Below are positions 30,759 through 42,140 of a stretch of 64,000 bases of DNA, in pieces. The notes beneath the pieces were generated by a model. That model was not told the origin of the DNA, searched no databases, and saw only the letters and a list, made by a program, of their open reading frames with translations. Made by a program: the position numbers and the translations under genes. Source of the stretch: Escherichia coli (GTDB taxonomy: Bacteria > Pseudomonadota > Gammaproteobacteria > Enterobacterales > Enterobacteriaceae); the NCBI RefSeq assembly GCF_041886205.1, contig NZ_CP169029.1. One strand, given 5' to 3'. Every line of letters starts with the position of its first letter. Position 1 is the first letter of the stretch.

Positions 30759-31967
30759 CGTCCGCGAAATTACCGACGCAATTACGCAGGCAATCAATAA
30801 ACCGGGGAGTAGCTGATACTCCCCGGTCATTTCACATATCATCAACGTCGACATAATCGGCGCGTGCGTGGTCGCCGCCAACAGTGTCGCCATCCCGGTC
30901 AATCCGAGTAAAAGTGTAATTTCTTCGCCATCAGGGAACCATAATCCCAGGCTACGACCATACAACATGCCAATGGCAAGACCGATAAATAGCGTCGGTG
31001 TAAAGACCCCACCGGGTGCGCCGGAACCGCTACTCGCCAGCACGGCACACAGTTTACAAAGGAAGATCCCGGCAATGATTATTAACAGTGGTGGGGCGGT
31101 TAAAAAGGATTGTACGGTGCTATAGCCGTTGCCCCACACTGCAGGTGTGAACAGGGAAAGCAGACCCACGATCAACCCGCCTAGTGCCAGTTGCCAGGGC
31201 GGCGCAAGTTTGAGACTCACAAATCCACGATGACAGGCGTTCATTAACGTTAACAACAGTGGTCCGCACAGACCTGCCAGCACACCTGTACTGATAATCA
31301 GCGCATAGTCACGAGCCTGAACCGTCACTGAGAGTTGTACGTTGTAGAGTAACGCGTCGCTATGATTAATCAGATTGCTAACCAGCAATGCCACGACGGC
31401 GGAAATAATCACCGGGCCGAGAGAGGCCAACATCATAGTGCCAAACAGCACTTCGGCTATAAATAAACTGCCAGCAAGCGGGGCACGATAGGCCGCAGCC
31501 ATTCCCGCCGCGGCCCCACAGGCGATCCATAATTTCCACTCCTGGCGTGGCGTAAAACGTTGGGCAAAACAGGAGGCGGCAAGGGCAGCTAAAAGAATCA
31601 TCGCACCTTCGCGACCAATTGCACTGCCGCTGGTTACTACCAGCAGAGAGGCAAGCGATTTAACCAGGCTTGCTGCGTAATCGAACTGTCCATCGGTTTG
31701 CAACGCTTCCATGTAATCGGTCGGCGCATGAGGGCGTTGTTGGGTAAATTTCTGCCAGCCCATCAGCAACAAACCCGCCGCCAGTCCGCCGAGCGCCGGA
31801 GTTAGCAACCGTCGCCAGGGGGAAAGGTTTGTCGCTGCATTGACCAGACTGCCGGAGTCATTATTGAGGAACAACCACTCCAGTAGCAGCATCGCATGAC
31901 GAAACCCGGCAACGGCAAAGGCCGCGAGAATACCGACGACTGTTGCGATAAGCAGACGGCGGAACAT
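30711..31967 (-). CDS. clcB: voltage-gated ClC-type chloride channel
   Basis: I place the start at [17 protein letters not shown] (418 aa). ClC motifs GREGA and GAPGGVFTP are present. Confidence 0.92.
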   Translation of the reverse strand: MFRRLLIATVVGILAAFAVAGFRHAMLLLEWLFLNNDSGSLVNAATNLSPWRRLLTPALGGLAAGLLLMGWQKFTQQRPHAPTDYMEALQTDGQFDYAASLVKSLASLLVVTSGSAIGREGAMILLAALAASCFAQRFTPRQEWKLWIACGAAAGMAAAYRAPLAGSLFIAEVLFGTMMLASLGPVIISAVVALLVSNLINHSDALLYNVQLSVTVQARDYALIISTGVLAGLCGPLLLTLMNACHRGFVSLKLAPPWQLALGGLIVGLLSLFTPAVWGNGYSTVQSFLTAPPLLIIIAGIFLCKLCAVLASSGSGAPGGVFTPTLFIGLAIGMLYGRSLGLWFPDGEEITLLLGLTGMATLLAATTHAPIMSTLMICEMTGEYQLLPGLLIACVIASVISRTLHRDSIYRQHTAQHS

Positions 31968-32162
31968 AGTGCGCAGATCCGGATAGATGTGTAGATGATG
32001 CATGAGCAGAAATGGGCAATGAAACACGGGCGACTATTTTGCGGCAAAAGAGGCCAGCCGCAAAAGCAGTGCGTGCTTTAAGAGATAAAAAAAACGTGAC
32101 ACTGTAACCTATTATTGCCGGATTGCGCGTAATCGTCACCATCCGGCAATATTACGGTGATC

Positions 32163-32777
32163 CTATCGAAACAGCGGTTTAACCGCGACAGGAATTAACA
32201 GTTGTGATTGCCATTGCGCCAGCGTTAAGCGAGCCAGTTCACCCAGTGCACGGTAGAAAGGGTGTTCTGCTTTTTCGATAAAAACCTCAAGAAAACGTGT
32301 TGACCACGGAAAAAGGTGCCATGCCAGCAATTCTTCGCATTCTGTCTGGCGACCATTCTCCGCCAACCACGCAGCCATCAACAGCAGTGAACCAAAATGA
32401 TCTTCCGGTTCGTTTTGCTTCATTTCAAACTGAATGCCTTTCTCGCGCATCCACTGACGAAGTGCCAATGTTGAATCGCCAAACAGCACAGATTCGCGAT
32501 CCAGCCAGACCGACCCCCACGGCGGAGACGGCAGTGCCCACGGGCCGACAAACAAACGCTGCCAGGCCTGGGCGTGAGTCTCTTCACACTGTGTCTGAAA
32601 AGCCGTCACCAGCGGCGCTAATGACGCTTCTGGTAGAGGCCACTGAGTTTCCCAGCCGTCACTGGTGAGTACCGCAACCAGAGGTGCGGCTTCCGCACTC
32701 TCTGGAGCGTAATAAAACAGCGCGCCCAACACGCGCGCCGCGACAGAAAAATTATCTTGCTGTGAAAAATGGGTCAT
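32163..32777 (-). CDS. dmsD: Tat proofreading chaperone DmsD
   Basis: I place the start at MTHFSQQDNFSVAARVLGALFYY (204 aa). TorD/DmsD family, last gene of the ynfEFGH-dmsD operon. Confidence 0.93.
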   Translation of the reverse strand: MTHFSQQDNFSVAARVLGALFYYAPESAEAAPLVAVLTSDGWETQWPLPEASLAPLVTAFQTQCEETHAQAWQRLFVGPWALPSPPWGSVWLDRESVLFGDSTLALRQWMREKGIQFEMKQNEPEDHFGSLLLMAAWLAENGRQTECEELLAWHLFPWSTRFLEVFIEKAEHPFYRALGELARLTLAQWQSQLLIPVAVKPLFR

Positions 32778-32819
32778 TCCTAACATCCTGAAATGTGCGG
32801 GTTGCCCCGCACCAATTTG

Positions 32820-33674
32820 TTAACCTGCAATAGCCATTCCTACTGTCATGTGCAGGCCATAAAAGAGCACACGCCCGATCATCTCACCGCCAAGTATGAG
32901 GATTAGCCCCAGAATAAGTCCGGCAACGTGAGGTTCACGGCGACGAATGAGCGGGCAAAGCCAGCATCCAAGACCTGCGCATAACAATACCACACGCCAG
33001 ACCTGTAAGGAGGCGTAATCTGGTACCAGTGCGCTGGCTTGTTGCACGGATGAGTGAATAGACGCCAGAGACAAACCTTGCAGCACAATCACCCCGGCAC
33101 AAGCGATCAGCGCCAGAACGCTAATGATGGCAAATGGTGTGGTATTAAATGTAACGCGAGCTGCCCGCAGAATTGCGGCAGCAAGTATTGGACCGCTCAA
33201 CAATACCGTCAGGAAGAAAGCCAGCGTAGTGTAACCGTTATGCCAGGTTGGCACGGTGTCGATTTGATACACGCAGGTCATCATCCAGACGAAAATGACG
33301 CCGAGCGCCATGCTGAAAAGTAACCAGAGTTTCCCCAACGCTTGCGGCATTTTACCGATGACTGCCACCAGCCACCATAATCCGCCAACGGCAAAAAATA
33401 TGGAACCGGCAGCAATCTCGTTACTCAGACCAGAAGCTCCGATTCGATTCAGCGAGTTAAACGCCCGCAGTGGCGATCCCAGGTGCATGACAGAGGCAAT
33501 AAACCCGACGCCCATCAACAGCCAGAGGAAAAACATGCCACGGACAATACGCTGACGGTCTGCGTCATTTTTGGCGGCGAACCAGCCAATTCCGCTAACA
33601 ATCAGCGCGCCTACTACGCATTGACCCAATACGGTAAAGATAACCAGTGGCCACTCATGCCATCCATTTCCCAT
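32820..33674 (-). CDS. ynfH: DmsC-like membrane anchor subunit
   Basis: I place the start at MGNGWHEWPLVIFTVLGQ (284 aa), 1 nt after the ynfG stop. The track ORF is over-extended upstream. Confidence 0.92.
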   Translation of the reverse strand: MGNGWHEWPLVIFTVLGQCVVGALIVSGIGWFAAKNDADRQRIVRGMFFLWLLMGVGFIASVMHLGSPLRAFNSLNRIGASGLSNEIAAGSIFFAVGGLWWLVAVIGKMPQALGKLWLLFSMALGVIFVWMMTCVYQIDTVPTWHNGYTTLAFFLTVLLSGPILAAAILRAARVTFNTTPFAIISVLALIACAGVIVLQGLSLASIHSSVQQASALVPDYASLQVWRVVLLCAGLGCWLCPLIRRREPHVAGLILGLILILGGEMIGRVLFYGLHMTVGMAIAG

Positions 33675-33675
33675 T

Positions 33676-34293
33676 TTACACTTCCTCCGGATTAGCCAGA
33701 TAACCAGTGGTATCGCCGGTCGGGCGGCTGTTGGCGTTAGGTTTGATAACGATATTGGGTTTTGTGAAATGCGCGCGCGGCAGTGGCGCGACGGCAGCAA
33801 GAGTGCCGTGCTTCTGGCGCAGCTCTTCAATTGGACCGAACTCAAGTGCACGCAGCGGGCAGGATTCGACACATATGGGTTGTTTCCCCTCGGCGACGCG
33901 CGAATAACAACCATCGCACTTCGTCATGTGCCCTTTTTCAGCATTGTACTGTGGCGCGCCGTACGGACAAGCCATGTGGCAGTAGCGGCAGCCGATACAA
34001 ACATCTTCATCAACCACCACAAAGCCATCTTCACGCTTATGCATTGCGCCGCTGGGGCAGACTTTTGTACATGCGGGGTCATCGCAATGGTTACAGGAGA
34101 TGGAGAGATAATAAGCGAACACGTTCTGGTGCCAGACGCCATTATCTTCCTGCCAGTCGCCGCCAGCGTATTCATAAATACGGCGGAAACTGACTTCCGG
34201 GCCAAGATCTTTAAAATCTTTGCACGCCAGTTCGCAGGTTTTACAGCCAGTACAGCGGCTGGAATCGATAAAAAATCCATATTGTGTGGTCAT
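33676..34293 (-). CDS. ynfG: DmsB-like 4x[4Fe-4S] ferredoxin subunit
   Basis: 205-aa ORF with four CxxCxxCxxxC(P) cluster motifs. Confidence 0.95.
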   Translation of the reverse strand: MTTQYGFFIDSSRCTGCKTCELACKDFKDLGPEVSFRRIYEYAGGDWQEDNGVWHQNVFAYYLSISCNHCDDPACTKVCPSGAMHKREDGFVVVDEDVCIGCRYCHMACPYGAPQYNAEKGHMTKCDGCYSRVAEGKQPICVESCPLRALEFGPIEELRQKHGTLAAVAPLPRAHFTKPNIVIKPNANSRPTGDTTGYLANPEEV

Positions 34294-34303
34294 GGGCTAC
34301 TCC

Positions 34304-36730
34304 TTAAACCTTTTCGATCTGGACAAGATTGCTGTGCGACGGGTTTCCCTTTGCCAGCGGTGAAGGGCGGTGAGAGGTCAGAATATTGATACTGCCGCCG
34401 TGATCGACCCGGTCACCAAACATATCCGCTTTAAGCCACGCACCTTGCCCGATGGCGGTAACGCCAGGCAGAATACGCGGAGTCACTTTTGCGGCAATCA
34501 GCATTTCTCCATTATTGTTAAATACCCGCACGGTATCGCCATGACGGATACCGCGTGCCTGAGCATCAATGGGGTTGATCCACACCTCTTGTGGGCAGGC
34601 CTGCTGTAACACATCAATATTGCCGTAGCTGGAGTGGGTACGCGCTTTGTAATGGAAGCCCGTTAACTGCAGTGGATAGGTTTTCCGCAGGGGATCGTCC
34701 CAGCCATCAAAACCTGGGGTATACGCAGGAAGGGGATGAATAATTTCATCTTTTTTCAATTCCCAGGTATCTGCAATCTTCGCCAGTCGTTCAGAATAAA
34801 TTTCGATTTTCCCCGAAGGTGTTTTCAACGGGTTTGCCTGTGGATCTTCACGGAATGCGCGGAAAGCGACGTAGTGTTCTTCCGGGCATTTTTTCTTAAA
34901 GATCCCGGTCGTTTTCATCTCCTCGTAGTCGGGCATCTCAGGGTTACGTTCCTTCGTTTTCGCATGGAGATATTTGATCCATTCATGCTGACTGCGACCT
35001 TCAGTAAAGGTTTGATAAACGTCTGGTCCTAAGCGTTTGGCGACTTCACTCAGCATCCAGTAGATGGGTTTGCGTTCAAATTTTGCTGAGGTTGCGGGTT
35101 GGGCGAGGATCACATAGCCCATATTCCCTGCAGATTCATGAGAGATAAGGTCTTCTTGCTCTGTTGGCATCAGGTCGGGCAACAGGATATCGCAATACTT
35201 AGCCGAGGCCGTCATGAAGTGGTCAATGCCAACAATCATCTCGCACTTGCTGTCATCCTGAAGCACCTCATGGGTGTGATTGATGTCGCCATGTTGATTG
35301 ATCAATGTGTTACTGGCGTAGCACCATAAAAACTTGATGGGGACATCCAGTTTTTCTTTTCCACGAACACCATCACGGGTCGCGGTCATTTCCGTACCAT
35401 GGTCGATGGCATCTGTCCATGTAAAGACGGAAATCTGCGTTTTAACAGGATTCTCGAGCATCGGGAACCATTCTACCCCCAGATCCCAGCTACCTTCGCG
35501 TACGCCTGAGTTGCCGCCGTTTATGCCGACGTTGCCGGTGAGAACGGAAAGCATGGCAATAGCGCGGGATGTTTGCTCGCCGTTGGAATGTCGTTGTGGC
35601 CCCCAACCCTGACAAATATAAGCAGGTTTTGCTGAACCGATCTCTCGTGCCAACTGGATAATTTTTTCTGCCGGGATGCTGGTGATTTTTGCTGCCCATT
35701 CCGGCGTTTTAGCTATGCCGTCAGGCCCTTCGCCCAGAATATAGGCTTTATAATGCGCGTTACGTGGTGCGTTGGCGGGCAGCGTTTTTTCATCGTAACC
35801 AACACAATATTTGTCGAGAAATGGCTGATCGACCATGTTTTCAGTAATCAGTACCCAGGCAATCGCACAGGCCAGTGCGCCATCGGTGCCAGGGCGAATG
35901 GGCAGCCATTCATCTTCACGCCCGGCAGCAGTGTCGTTATAACGTGGATCGATGACGATCATGCGTGCGTTTGAACGTTCGCGGGCTTGCTCGACGTAGT
36001 AAGTGACACCACCGCCGCTCATCCGCGTTTCTGCCGGGTTATTTCCGAACATAACGACCAGTTTCGTATTGGCGATATCATCCGGGCTGTTGCCATCATT
36101 GGCACCGAACATATAACTCATTGCGGCACTGATCTGTGCGGTACTGTAGCTGCCATAGCGACTGAGAAAACCACCGCAAGAGTTCATCAGACGGTACGGG
36201 ACGTTTGAGTTGGTGATGTTTCCGCCATCTACACCTGTTCCGTACAGGACATGTACAGCCTCATTGCCGTAATCTTTTAGGATCCGCCGAAGATTATCAC
36301 TGATGGTATCCAGGGCTTCGTCCCAACTTATCCGTTCAAATTTACCTTCACCGCGCTTGCCGACGCGCTTCATGGGATATTTCAACCTATCAGGATGATT
36401 CATCCGTCGGCGGATAGAGCGCCCGCGTAAACACGCGCGAACCTGATGATTACCGTAGACGTCGTCACCTGTCGTATCAGACTCCACCCAGTACACGGTG
36501 TCATCTTTCACATGCAAACGTAACAGACAGCGGCTCCCGCAGTTAACGGTGCAGGAACTCCAGACCGCTTTCTCTTCTACCGGAACCTCTGCCGCCCGAA
36601 CCATTTGGGAAAATGGCAGAGTGAAAGCACTGCTTGCCAGCGCGAGACTGCCAAGTGCGGAGGTTTTCATCAGACTTCTACGGCTGATTTCAGCCTTCAT
36701 GAGCGCCTCTGTGGTATGGATTTTCATCAT
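34304..36730 (-). CDS. ynfF: DMSO-reductase-family molybdopterin oxidoreductase (selenate reductase paralogue)
   Basis: 808-aa ORF with twin-arginine signal SRRSLMKTSALGSLALA and a CTVNCGSRC Fe-S motif. Paralogous to the adjacent ynfE. Confidence 0.95.
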   Translation of the reverse strand: MMKIHTTEALMKAEISRRSLMKTSALGSLALASSAFTLPFSQMVRAAEVPVEEKAVWSSCTVNCGSRCLLRLHVKDDTVYWVESDTTGDDVYGNHQVRACLRGRSIRRRMNHPDRLKYPMKRVGKRGEGKFERISWDEALDTISDNLRRILKDYGNEAVHVLYGTGVDGGNITNSNVPYRLMNSCGGFLSRYGSYSTAQISAAMSYMFGANDGNSPDDIANTKLVVMFGNNPAETRMSGGGVTYYVEQARERSNARMIVIDPRYNDTAAGREDEWLPIRPGTDGALACAIAWVLITENMVDQPFLDKYCVGYDEKTLPANAPRNAHYKAYILGEGPDGIAKTPEWAAKITSIPAEKIIQLAREIGSAKPAYICQGWGPQRHSNGEQTSRAIAMLSVLTGNVGINGGNSGVREGSWDLGVEWFPMLENPVKTQISVFTWTDAIDHGTEMTATRDGVRGKEKLDVPIKFLWCYASNTLINQHGDINHTHEVLQDDSKCEMIVGIDHFMTASAKYCDILLPDLMPTEQEDLISHESAGNMGYVILAQPATSAKFERKPIYWMLSEVAKRLGPDVYQTFTEGRSQHEWIKYLHAKTKERNPEMPDYEEMKTTGIFKKKCPEEHYVAFRAFREDPQANPLKTPSGKIEIYSERLAKIADTWELKKDEIIHPLPAYTPGFDGWDDPLRKTYPLQLTGFHYKARTHSSYGNIDVLQQACPQEVWINPIDAQARGIRHGDTVRVFNNNGEMLIAAKVTPRILPGVTAIGQGAWLKADMFGDRVDHGGSINILTSHRPSPLAKGNPSHSNLVQIEKV

Positions 36731-36787
36731 TACTCACTTATTGCTTTTCAAACAAAATGTCATGCCAGAATTTATGGTTGTAGTGGG

Positions 36788-39214
36788 TTATATTTTTTCG
36801 ATCTCGACCAGATTAGTGTGCTGCGGGTTTCCCTTCGCCAGTGGTGAAGGGCGCAGAGTGGTTAGCGTATTCACACAGCCGCCATGGTCGATTTTATCGC
36901 CAGACATATTGGCCTCGTGCCAGGCTCCCTGGCCCATAGCGCTAACTCCAGGGAGAATACGTGGTGTCACTTTGGCTGGTAGCCGAACTTCGCCACGATG
37001 GTTAAACACCCGCACCATATCGCCGTTGGCAATCCCACGTTTCTGCGCATCTATAGGGTTGATCCACACCTCCTGACGGCAGGCTGCTTTCAGGACATCA
37101 ATGTTGCCGTAGGTCGAGTGAGTACGGGATTTGTAATGGAAACCAAACAGTTGCAGTGGGAAGGTTCTACGTTCAGGGGAGTCCCAGCCTTCAAAGGTAG
37201 AGGCATAAACTGGCAGTGGGCTTATCACTTCATCTTTTTCCAGTTCCCAGGTACGGGCAATTTCCGCCAGCTTGCTGGAATAAATTTCAATCTTACCGGA
37301 AGGTGTTTTAAGTGGATTTGCCTCGGGGTCGTCACGAAATGCTTTGTAGGCGACAAAATGACCATTGGGATCTTTACGCTTATAGATACCCATTTTTTTC
37401 AGTTCGTCGTAAGACGGTAACGCCGGATCTTTGGCAAGCATTTTGGCGTACAGATGTTGTAACCATTGTTCCTGCGTGCGACCTTCAGTGAACTTTTGAT
37501 AGACGTCAGGTCCAAGACGTTTCGCGACTTCACTCAGGATCCAGTAAATCGGTTTGCGTTCGAATTTTTCGCTGGTGACAGGCTGGAGGAAAATGAGATA
37601 TCCCATGTTACCGGCGTAGTCGTTAGGAATAATATCTTCCTGCTCAACGGTCATCAGGTCTGGCAGCAGAATGTCGGCATATTTTGCCGATGAGGTCATA
37701 AAGTTTTCGATGACCACAATCATTTCGCATTTCGATTCGTCCTGCAGAATTTCATGCGTTTTGTTGATGTCAGAATGCTGATTAACGAGGGTATTTCCCG
37801 CGTAGTTCCAGATGAACTTAATGGGCACATCCAGTTTATCTTTGCCCCGGACGCCGTCGCGGATTGCCGTCATTTTGGGGCCATGATCGATAGCATCTGT
37901 CCAGCTGAAGCAGGAAATTGACGTTTTGACCGGATTATCCAGCACCGGCAGGCGCTCTATGGTAATGGTATAGGTCGATTCACGCGCGCCACTATTTCCG
38001 CCGCTGATGCCGACATTGCCCGTCAAAATAGGTAACATAGCAATAGCGCGTGCAGTCAGTTCGCCGTTTGCCTGGCGTTGTGGCCCCCAGCCCTGGCAGA
38101 TATAAGCGGGTTTTGCTGTGCCAATTTCACGCGCCAGTTTGATGATACGGTCCTCCGGGATACCGGTAATTTGCGAAGCCCACTGCGGCGTTTTCGCTGT
38201 TTTATCGTCACCTTCACCAAGAATATAGGCTTTATAGTGACCATTTTTGGGTGCATCTGCGGGTAAGGTTTTTTCGTCATAGCCGACGCAGTATTTATCG
38301 AGAAAAGGTTGATCAACGAGATTTTCGTTAATCAATACCCAGGCAATACCCGCAACCAGCGCGGCATCGGTGCCCGGGCGAATAGGGAGCCATTCGTCTT
38401 CACGACCGGCAGCCGTATCGGTATATCGCGGATCGATAACAATCATTTTGGCGTTCGATTTCTCGCGCGCTTTTTCAAGAAGATAAGTGATGCCACCACC
38501 GCTCATGCGGGTTTCTGCCGGGTTGTTACCAAACATCACGACCAGCTTGCTGTTTTCAATATCCGTGGTGCTGTTGCCATCATTACTGCCGTAGGTGTAG
38601 GGCATGGCACAGGAAATTTGCGCAGTGCTGTAGGAGCCATACTGGTTGAGTGAACCGCCGTAGCAGTTCATCAGGCGTTTGACCGCCGAGGCTGATGGCG
38701 AAGAGCGGGTCATATTGCCGCCAACGATCCCCGAAGAGTACTGAATATATACAGCCTCATTGCCATATTGTTCGACGGTTTTCTTCAGGCTACTGGCGAT
38801 AGTATCCAGGGCTTCATCCCAGCTAATCCGTTCGAATTTGCCTTCGCCGCGTTTGCCCACGCGTTTCATTGGGTAATTCAAGCGATCGGGATGATTAATA
38901 CGCCGGCGGATGGAGCGACCGCGCAAACAGGCGCGTACCTGATGGTTGCCGTACTCATCGCTGCCGGTATTGTCAGTTTCCACCCAGGTCACTTCATTAT
39001 CTTTAACATGTAGACGAAGTGCACAGCGGCTACCACAGTTGACGGAACAGGCACCCCAGACCACTTTTTCGCGGGCCTGTTGTACCGATGCTGCTGCATT
39101 GCGCAGGGTAAACGGCAAAGAAAAACCGCCTGCAGCCAGCGCCAGAGAACCTATCGCGGTAGATTTAACGAGTGTTCTGCGGCTGATGCCCACCATTCGT
39201 TCATTTTTGGACAT
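36788..39214 (-). CDS. ynfE: DMSO-reductase-family molybdopterin oxidoreductase (selenate reductase paralogue)
   Basis: 808-aa ORF with twin-arginine signal SRRTLVKSTAIGSLALA and a CSVNCGSRC motif. Confidence 0.95.
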   Translation of the reverse strand: MSKNERMVGISRRTLVKSTAIGSLALAAGGFSLPFTLRNAAASVQQAREKVVWGACSVNCGSRCALRLHVKDNEVTWVETDNTGSDEYGNHQVRACLRGRSIRRRINHPDRLNYPMKRVGKRGEGKFERISWDEALDTIASSLKKTVEQYGNEAVYIQYSSGIVGGNMTRSSPSASAVKRLMNCYGGSLNQYGSYSTAQISCAMPYTYGSNDGNSTTDIENSKLVVMFGNNPAETRMSGGGITYLLEKAREKSNAKMIVIDPRYTDTAAGREDEWLPIRPGTDAALVAGIAWVLINENLVDQPFLDKYCVGYDEKTLPADAPKNGHYKAYILGEGDDKTAKTPQWASQITGIPEDRIIKLAREIGTAKPAYICQGWGPQRQANGELTARAIAMLPILTGNVGISGGNSGARESTYTITIERLPVLDNPVKTSISCFSWTDAIDHGPKMTAIRDGVRGKDKLDVPIKFIWNYAGNTLVNQHSDINKTHEILQDESKCEMIVVIENFMTSSAKYADILLPDLMTVEQEDIIPNDYAGNMGYLIFLQPVTSEKFERKPIYWILSEVAKRLGPDVYQKFTEGRTQEQWLQHLYAKMLAKDPALPSYDELKKMGIYKRKDPNGHFVAYKAFRDDPEANPLKTPSGKIEIYSSKLAEIARTWELEKDEVISPLPVYASTFEGWDSPERRTFPLQLFGFHYKSRTHSTYGNIDVLKAACRQEVWINPIDAQKRGIANGDMVRVFNHRGEVRLPAKVTPRILPGVSAMGQGAWHEANMSGDKIDHGGCVNTLTTLRPSPLAKGNPQHTNLVEIEKI

Positions 39215-39412
39215 AACTCACTCCCTGTTCTTTATCGTTATATAAAAGTTTATATATTGAATATTTAGCGCGCTAACAATAGAGGGAGTCTACCCATTTT
39301 GGGTTAAGAATTATTAATCCATATCAATAGAAGGGTATGAGTAATAAGGTGGGATTATGTTGTATGTTCAAATCGCCGGATTTGTCATATCCGGCGTTCA
39401 GTCGATAATGTG

Positions 39413-39718
39413 TTACTGCGGTTCGGCAGGCGCGCCATCCTGGCTAGACTGCGCGGGAGCAGAGACGTTACCGCTGGTGGTGCGGGTATAGAGAATTTTA
39501 TGCGTATCATTAGCGCAATGGCCGACGACCTGGGAATCAGGCTGATCAACCTGGTCATTGGGTACAATACTTAACGTGAAGCTGCTTTCGGGTACGCCAT
39601 TATTGATAATGCGCTGTGATATATCGCTCTGTATGCGCTCACAGGATCCCGGCGCGGCGAGTACCGCGGGTGAGGCGAGGGCGAGCAGAAGCGCGGCACA
39701 GCAGGTTGAGAGTTTCAT
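39413..39718 (-). CDS. ynfD: DUF1161 periplasmic protein
   Basis: I place the start at MKLSTCCAALLLALASPAVLA (101 aa), a signal peptide. Confidence 0.88.
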   Translation of the reverse strand: MKLSTCCAALLLALASPAVLAAPGSCERIQSDISQRIINNGVPESSFTLSIVPNDQVDQPDSQVVGHCANDTHKILYTRTTSGNVSAPAQSSQDGAPAEPQ

Positions 39719-39825
39719 CATAAGCTCCTTACGCGAAGATAACTTCTTTAAGCATAGCATTTAACGTGTAAAGTACTGTATTTGCTACTATGATTGAGAA
39801 TCATCTCTACTCTCTGGTGACTGTT

Positions 39826-40536
39826 GTGAAATACAAATTACTACCATGCTTACTCGCGATATTCCTCACAGGATGTGACCGCACAGAGGTAACACTTTCA
39901 TTTACCCCTGAGATGGCCAGTTTCTCTAATGAATTCGATTTTGATCCGCTGCGTGGTCCGGTAAAAGATTTCACTCAGACATTAATGGATGAGCAAGGTG
40001 AAGTGACGAAACGTGTTTCTGGGACTTTGTCGGAAGAAGGCTGTTTTGATTCACTCGAATTACTGGATCTGGAAAATAATACCGTGGTCGCTCTGGTACT
40101 GGACGCCAATTATTACCGTGATGCCGAGACGCTGGAGAAGAGAGTACGTTTACAGGGAAAATGCCAGCTAGCAGAATTACCTTCTGCCGGGGTGAGTTGG
40201 GAAACCGATGATAATGGCTTCGTGATTAAAGCCAGCAGCAAACAAATGCAGATGGAATATCGCTATGATGATCAGGGTTATCCGCTGGGTAAAACCACGA
40301 AAAGTAACGACAAAACATTATCTGTCAGCGCCACGCCATCAACGGATCCGATCAAAAAATTAGATTACACAGCGGTTACTTTACTGAATAATCAACGGGT
40401 TGGTAATGTAAAACAGAGCTGTGAATATGACAGTCACGCTAATCCGGTGGACTGTCAGCTAATCATTGTTGATGAAGGAGTAAAACCCGCCGTCGAACGG
40501 GTTTACACCATCAAAAATACGATCGATTATTATTAA
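39826..40536 (+). CDS. ynfC: UPF0257 lipoprotein YnfC
   Basis: GTG start giving (M)KYKLLPCLLAIFLTGC with lipobox LTGC (236 aa). The track ORF starts 36 nt earlier. Confidence 0.85.
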   Translation: MKYKLLPCLLAIFLTGCDRTEVTLSFTPEMASFSNEFDFDPLRGPVKDFTQTLMDEQGEVTKRVSGTLSEEGCFDSLELLDLENNTVVALVLDANYYRDAETLEKRVRLQGKCQLAELPSAGVSWETDDNGFVIKASSKQMQMEYRYDDQGYPLGKTTKSNDKTLSVSATPSTDPIKKLDYTAVTLLNNQRVGNVKQSCEYDSHANPVDCQLIIVDEGVKPAVERVYTIKNTIDYY

Positions 40537-40538
40537 TG

Positions 40539-41099
40539 CTATTGTGCGGTCGGCTTCAGGAGAGTCTGACCCGGTGTTTTGTGCTCTGCCAGATACTGAT
40601 GCTGGAATATACACATGCGAATGGCATTACGATATTGACCATTAATAAAGAACTCGTGCATCAATTCACCTTCAACCGAAAAGCCAAGCTTGCGGTAAAT
40701 GTGAATCGCTTTTTCATTCTCTTTATCAACGATCAGATACAGCTTATAGAGATTGAGAACGGTGAAGCCATAGTCCATTGCTAATTTGGCGGCACGGGTT
40801 GCCAGACCTTTCCCCTGATACTCCGGGGAGATAATTATCTGAAATTCTGCGCGGCGATGAACATGGTTAATTTCCACCAGCTCCACCAGACCGGCTTTTT
40901 CGCCGTCACATTCCACCACAAAGCGCCGTTCGCTCTGATCGTGAATATGCTTATCATACAGATCAGAGAGTTCAACAAAGGCTTCGTAGGGTTCCTCAAA
41001 CCAGTAACGCATCACACTGGCGTTATTGTCGAGTTGATGTACATAGCGTAAATCTTCACGCTCCAGCGGGCGTAGCTTAACACTGTGGGCGCTTGGCAT
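40539..41099 (-). CDS. speG: spermidine N1-acetyltransferase
   Basis: 186-aa GNAT ORF starting [26 protein letters not shown]. Confidence 0.96.
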   Translation of the reverse strand: MPSAHSVKLRPLEREDLRYVHQLDNNASVMRYWFEEPYEAFVELSDLYDKHIHDQSERRFVVECDGEKAGLVELVEINHVHRRAEFQIIISPEYQGKGLATRAAKLAMDYGFTVLNLYKLYLIVDKENEKAIHIYRKLGFSVEGELMHEFFINGQYRNAIRMCIFQHQYLAEHKTPGQTLLKPTAQ

Positions 41100-41133
41100 A
41101 ACGTGTCCTTACATTCCTTAAATCAATAACAGG

Positions 41134-41475
41134 TTAGGGGGTAATAACGCGGCCAGTTCGACGGTCCAGGCAGCGCAAAGTATTTGGCTCCCAGTAGGCA
41201 TTGATGTTGGCGCTTTGCTCGCATTTATCGCGGTTATCAAAAGCGGCGTCGGCTTTATCCCACTCTTTTTCAGTGCGTTTATTCACTTTCTGGCGCAGAT
41301 TGCGCGTGTCATTCCATTGCTCTTTTTCCATAGCGGCGTGCTGGCGACTTTGTGCACTGTCGCCAGACTCAATCACCAGTTTGTTAGTTTCGGCATGAAC
41401 AGTTGTGCTCAATGCCAGTGCGCAAGGCAGCAGAAAAGCGAGCAGGCCGATTCGTTTGCTGAGAGTGATTTTCAT
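41134..41475 (-). CDS. ynfB: UPF0482 secreted protein YnfB
   Basis: 113-aa ORF with signal peptide [28 protein letters not shown]. Confidence 0.9.
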
Positions 41476-41609
41476 AATTCATTCCCTGTATGAATGATTA
41501 AAGGTGATTCTACACCATCCACTGCGAACGCAAAACGTACCAGGTGGGTGTTTATATTGATGATATTATGTCGCCCTATAACTATACATGATGTCAATAA
41601 GTGACAAAG

Positions 41610-41936
41610 ATGATTAAAACAACGTTACTATTTTTTGCTACTGCGCTGTGTGAAATTATTGGATGCTTTCTGCCCTGGTTGTGGTTAAAACGAAACGCCA
41701 GTATCTGGCTGTTGCTTCCGGCGGGGATTTCACTGGCGCTGTTTGTCTGGTTGTTAACGTTGCATCCAGCGGCGAGTGGGCGTGTTTACGCGGCTTATGG
41801 TGGCGTTTATGTCTGCACGGCGTTGATGTGGCTGCGCGTTGTGGATGGCGTGAAACTGACTCTTTATGACTGGACGGGTGCGTTGATTGCGCTTTGCGGC
41901 ATGTTGATCATTGTTGCGGGCTGGGGGCGCACGTAG
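41610..41936 (+). CDS. ynfA: UPF0060 four-TM membrane protein YnfA
   Basis: I place the start at [20 protein letters not shown] (108 aa). Confidence 0.9.
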
Positions 41937-42140
41937 GAACATAAATCCATTTTATCAATAAGATAAGAGGAAGTGTCAGCTGACAAAAGGTATTCTATTT
42001 CATCTTTTGTCAACCATTCACAGCGCAAATATACGCTTTTTTTGTGATCACTCCGGCTTTTTTCAATCTTCATACTTGTATGGTAGTAGCTCAGATGCGT
42101 AGATTTCATGCATCACGACAAGCGATGCAAGGAATCGAAC

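Noticed and set aside
34304-39214. Two adjacent 808-aa molybdoenzymes, considered as a possible novel tandem duplication
   Set aside because: These are the known paralogues ynfE and ynfF of the ynfEFGH-dmsD operon and are colinear with K-12, so this is not a strain-specific event.
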